IMG/VR virus record: IMGVR_UViG_2687453508_000006
Origin: a virus
Lineage: Duplodnaviria > Heunggongvirae > Uroviricota > Caudoviricetes
Direction: 5' to 3' (one strand)
DNA: 64,000 nt
Shown: piece after piece, positions 61,216-64,000 of the stretch
Position numbering within the stretch: the stretch's first letter is position 1
Layout: the number at the start of each line of letters is the position of its first letter
Program-made: the position numbers and the translations under genes
Notes under the pieces: generated by a model
What the model saw: the letters and a program-made list of their open reading frames with translations, nothing else
Databases searched by the model: none
Told to the model about the DNA's origin: nothing

Positions 61216-62017
61216 GCAACCACCAATCGCAAAAGCCGATCTGCAAAAAACTCAGGGAAACCGTGCACCAGCAGCAATTAAAAATAACGACGTGATTAGT
61301 TTTATTAACCAGCCATCAATGAAAGAGCAACTGGCAGCAGCTCTTCCACGCCATATGACGGCTGAACGTATGATCCGTATCGCCACCACAGAAATTCGTA
61401 AAGTTCCGGCGTTAGGAAACTGTGACACTATGAGTTTTGTCAGTGCAATCGTACAGTGTTCACAGCTCGGACTTGAGCCCGGTAGCGCCCTCGGTCATGC
61501 ATATTTACTGCCTTTTGGTAATAAAAACGAAAAGAGCGGTAAAAAAAACGTTCAGCTAATCATTGGCTATCGAGGCATGATTGATCTGGCTCGCCGTTCA
61601 GGTCAAATCGCCAGCTTGTCAGCCCGTGTTGTCCGTGAAGGTGACGAGTTTAATTTCGAATTTGGCCTTGATGAAAAGTTAATACACCGCCCAGGAGAAA
61701 ACGAAGATGCCCCTGTTACCCACGTCTATGCTGTCGCAAGACTGAAAGACGGAGGTACTCAGTTTGAAGTTATGACGCGCAAACAGATTGAGCTGGTGCG
61801 CAGCCAGAGTAAAGCTGGTAATAACGGGCCGTGGGTAACTCACTGGGAAGAAATGGCAAAGAAAACGGCTATTCGTCGCCTGTTCAAATATCTGCCCGTA
61901 TCAATTGAGATCCAGCGTGCAGTATCAATGGATGAAAAGGAACCACTGACAATCGATCCTGCAGATTCCTCTGTATTAACCGGGGAATACAGTGTAATCG
62001 ATAATTCAGAGGAATAA
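61208..62017 (+). CDS. recT: recombinase / single-strand annealing protein RecT
   Basis: Start [32 protein letters not shown]... overlapping recE stop; 269 aa. Confidence 0.9.
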   Translation: MTKQPPIAKADLQKTQGNRAPAAIKNNDVISFINQPSMKEQLAAALPRHMTAERMIRIATTEIRKVPALGNCDTMSFVSAIVQCSQLGLEPGSALGHAYLLPFGNKNEKSGKKNVQLIIGYRGMIDLARRSGQIASLSARVVREGDEFNFEFGLDEKLIHRPGENEDAPVTHVYAVARLKDGGTQFEVMTRKQIELVRSQSKAGNNGPWVTHWEEMAKKTAIRRLFKYLPVSIEIQRAVSMDEKEPLTIDPADSSVLTGEYSVIDNSEE

Positions 62018-62072
62018 TTCAGCCTGGCGGTGTAATGCACCGCCAACTTGAAATATTTTTATGAGAAAAATT

Positions 62073-62222
62073 ATGAGATATGACAATGTTAAACCATGTC
62101 CATTTTGTGGTTGTCCATCAGTAACGGTGAAAGCCATTTCAGGATATTACCGAGCGAAGTGTAACGGATGCGAATCCCGAACCGGTTATGGTGGAAGTGA
62201 AAAAGAAGCACTCGAACGATGA
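62073..62222 (+). CDS. ralR: restriction-alleviation protein RalR/Lar-like, apparently shortened by a TGA
   Basis: MRYDNVKPCPFCGCPSVTVKAISGYYRAKCNGCESRTGYGGSEKEALER then TGA at 62220-62222; frame continues NKRTTGNNNGGVHV to TAA overlapping ydaC start. Confidence 0.5.
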   Translation: MRYDNVKPCPFCGCPSVTVKAISGYYRAKCNGCESRTGYGGSEKEALER

Positions 62223-62259
62223 AATAAACGAACCACTGGAAATAATAATGGAGGTGTTC

Positions 62260-62448
62260 ATGTATAAAATTACCGCCACTATTGAAAAGGAAGGTGGCAC
62301 TCCTACTAACTGGACAAGATATTCAAAATCTAAACTAACGAAATCAGAATGCGAAAAAATGCTCTCAGGTAAAAAAGAAGCAGGCGTTTCCAGAGAGCAG
62401 AAAGTAAAACTGATAAATTTTAATTGCGAGAAACTTCAGTCCTCGTGA
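62260..62448 (+). CDS. ydaC: YdaC-like small protein
   Basis: 62 aa MYKITATIEKEGGTPTNWTRYSKSKLTKSECEKMLSGKKEAG... Confidence 0.5.
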   Translation: MYKITATIEKEGGTPTNWTRYSKSKLTKSECEKMLSGKKEAGVSREQKVKLINFNCEKLQSS

Positions 62449-62547
62449 ATTGCATTGTATTCAAATTAAAACTTCATAGCTGATTATTAATAATCAACAT
62501 CGGGCGTCAATTTAAGTCTAACATTGGCGCCTGCCAGAGGTGATGCG

Positions 62548-62763
62548 ATGGCACAAGTAATCTTTAATGAAGAGTGGATGGTTGAATACGGCCTGATGCT
62601 TCGCACTGGTCTGGGGGCCAGACAAATTGAAGCATACCGCCAGAACTGTTGGGTGGAAGGCTTCCACTTCAAACGAGTATCTCCTTTAGGGAAGCCAGAC
62701 AGTAAGCGAGGGATTATCTGGTATAACTATCCAAAGATAAATCAGTTTATCAAAGACTCATGA
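62548..62763 (+). CDS. xis: excisionase-like protein
   Basis: Start [48 protein letters not shown]...; directly upstream of integrase. Confidence 0.55.
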   Translation: MAQVIFNEEWMVEYGLMLRTGLGARQIEAYRQNCWVEGFHFKRVSPLGKPDSKRGIIWYNYPKINQFIKDS

Positions 62764-62764
62764 T

Positions 62765-64000
62765 ATGTCTAAATTACCAACAGGTGTCGAGATTCGAGGT
62801 AAATACATTCGCATCTGGTTCATGTTTCGAGGAAAACGATGTCGGGAAACATTGAAAGGCTGGGAGGTTACTAACAGTAACATTAAAAAAGCCGGGAATT
62901 TAAGAGCGTTGATAGTTCATGAAATCAATTCCGGTGAGTTTGAGTATTTAAGACGTTTTCCCCAGTCCAGCACTGGGGCAAAAATGGTGACAACGAGGGT
63001 CATAAAAACGTTCGGGGAGCTTTGTGATATCTGGACAAAAATTAAAGAAACAGAGTTAACAACAAACACAATGAAGAAAACGAAATCACAATTAAAAACA
63101 CTCAGGATAATAATTTGTGAGAGTACTCCGATATCGCATATTCGTTATAGCGATATCTTAAACTACCGGAATGAACTGCTGCATGGAGAAACGCTTTACC
63201 TGGATAATCCAAGATCCAACAAAAAAGGAAGAACCGTGCGCACAGTTGATAACTATATCGCCCTGCTCTGTTCGTTGTTACGTTTTGCGTATCAGTCGGG
63301 ATTTATATCAACCAAACCATTTGAAGGAGTAAAGAAATTACAGAGAAACAGAATAAAGCCTGACCCGTTATCTAAAACAGAATTCAATGCATTAATGGAA
63401 AGTGAAAAAGGACAGAGCCAGAACTTGTGGAAATTTGCCGTATACTCCGGGCTTCGTCACGGGGAACTGGCTGCTCTGGCGTGGGAGGATGTGGATTTCG
63501 AGAAGGGAGTTGTGAATGTCAGAAGAAACCTGACGATACTGGATATGTTCGGTCCCCCAAAAACAAATGCGGGGATCCGGACGGTAACACTACTGCAGCC
63601 TGCTCTTGAAGCACTGAAGGAGCAATACAAACTGACCGGGCATCATCGCAAAAGCGAAATCACCTTTTATCATCGGGAGTACGGCAGAACCGAAAAGCAA
63701 AAACTGCATTTTGTTTTCATGCCCAGGGTGTGTAACGGAAAACAAAAACCTTATTACTCGGTAAGCAGTTTGGGGGCAAGGTGGAATGCAGCAGTAAAAC
63801 GTGCTGGTATTCGCCGCCGTAATCCGTACCATACGCGGCATACTTTTGCCTGCTGGCTGTTGACGGCAGGAGCGAACCCGGCATTTATAGCCAGCCAAAT
63901 GGGGCATGAAACTGCGCAGATGGTGTATGAAATTTACGGTATGTGGATTGATGACATGAACGACGAACAGGTAGCCATGTTGAATGCGCGGTTATCATAG
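62765..64000 (+). CDS. intR: tyrosine integrase (lambda/Rac IntR type)
   Basis: 411-aa ORF ending in TAG at 63998-64000; C-terminal catalytic region with ...HTRHTFACWLLTAGANPAFIASQMGHETAQMVYEIYGMWIDD... (catalytic Tyr context). Confidence 0.9.
   Translation: MSKLPTGVEIRGKYIRIWFMFRGKRCRETLKGWEVTNSNIKKAGNLRALIVHEINSGEFEYLRRFPQSSTGAKMVTTRVIKTFGELCDIWTKIKETELTTNTMKKTKSQLKTLRIIICESTPISHIRYSDILNYRNELLHGETLYLDNPRSNKKGRTVRTVDNYIALLCSLLRFAYQSGFISTKPFEGVKKLQRNRIKPDPLSKTEFNALMESEKGQSQNLWKFAVYSGLRHGELAALAWEDVDFEKGVVNVRRNLTILDMFGPPKTNAGIRTVTLLQPALEALKEQYKLTGHHRKSEITFYHREYGRTEKQKLHFVFMPRVCNGKQKPYYSVSSLGARWNAAVKRAGIRRRNPYHTRHTFACWLLTAGANPAFIASQMGHETAQMVYEIYGMWIDDMNDEQVAMLNARLS

Noticed and set aside
1-64000. 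CRISPR array
   Set aside because: Only repeats found are the 17 kb tandem duplication, the 162-bp intragenic repeats and GTTAAC palindromes; no short repeat-spacer periodicity.

Overview
The window is one lambdoid prophage of an E. coli-like enterobacterium, with late genes on the minus strand and the integrase at the right edge; its most interesting content is a low-GC three-gene cargo island. All protein names come from reading the translations against remembered lambda, HK97, phage 21, Stx-phage and Rac proteins; no database search or computation was run. Layout, left to right: (1) lambda-like tail module stf(partial)-lom-J(frameshifted)-I-K-L-M-H-G/T-V; (2) HK97-like head and packaging module (connector proteins, repeat protein, portal, protease-capsid fusion, TerL, TerS, HNH, GTTAAC-palindrome cos-like region); (3) lysis genes R-ant-Rz/Rz1. 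(4) A ~17.2 kb block (6448-23769) is repeated in direct tandem (23770-40921) with an 8-bp microhomology CCAGCGGT at the junctions. The copies are identical across the head genes but diverged, with complementary frameshifts, in tail and lysis genes. (5) Right of the repeat: pinholin S, NanS-p esterase, a TerB-like moron, two tRNAs (Arg-UCU, Ile/Met-CAU), a tR'-like terminator, a Q-like gene and nin-region genes. (6) A visibly AT-rich island (~46.6-50.8 kb) carries a GHKL/Bergerat-fold ATPase translationally coupled to an uncharacterised 329-aa partner, convergent with a Dcm-type C5-cytosine methyltransferase. I consider this the strongest candidate for an undescribed restriction-modification-like or defence module. 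(7) A Rac-like early region follows: DnaC-like, ydaU/T/S, racR, sieB, kilR, ydaE, racC, recE, recT, ralR, ydaC, xis, intR. Two small-RNA-like promoter/terminator units with CA-rich cores are also flagged.
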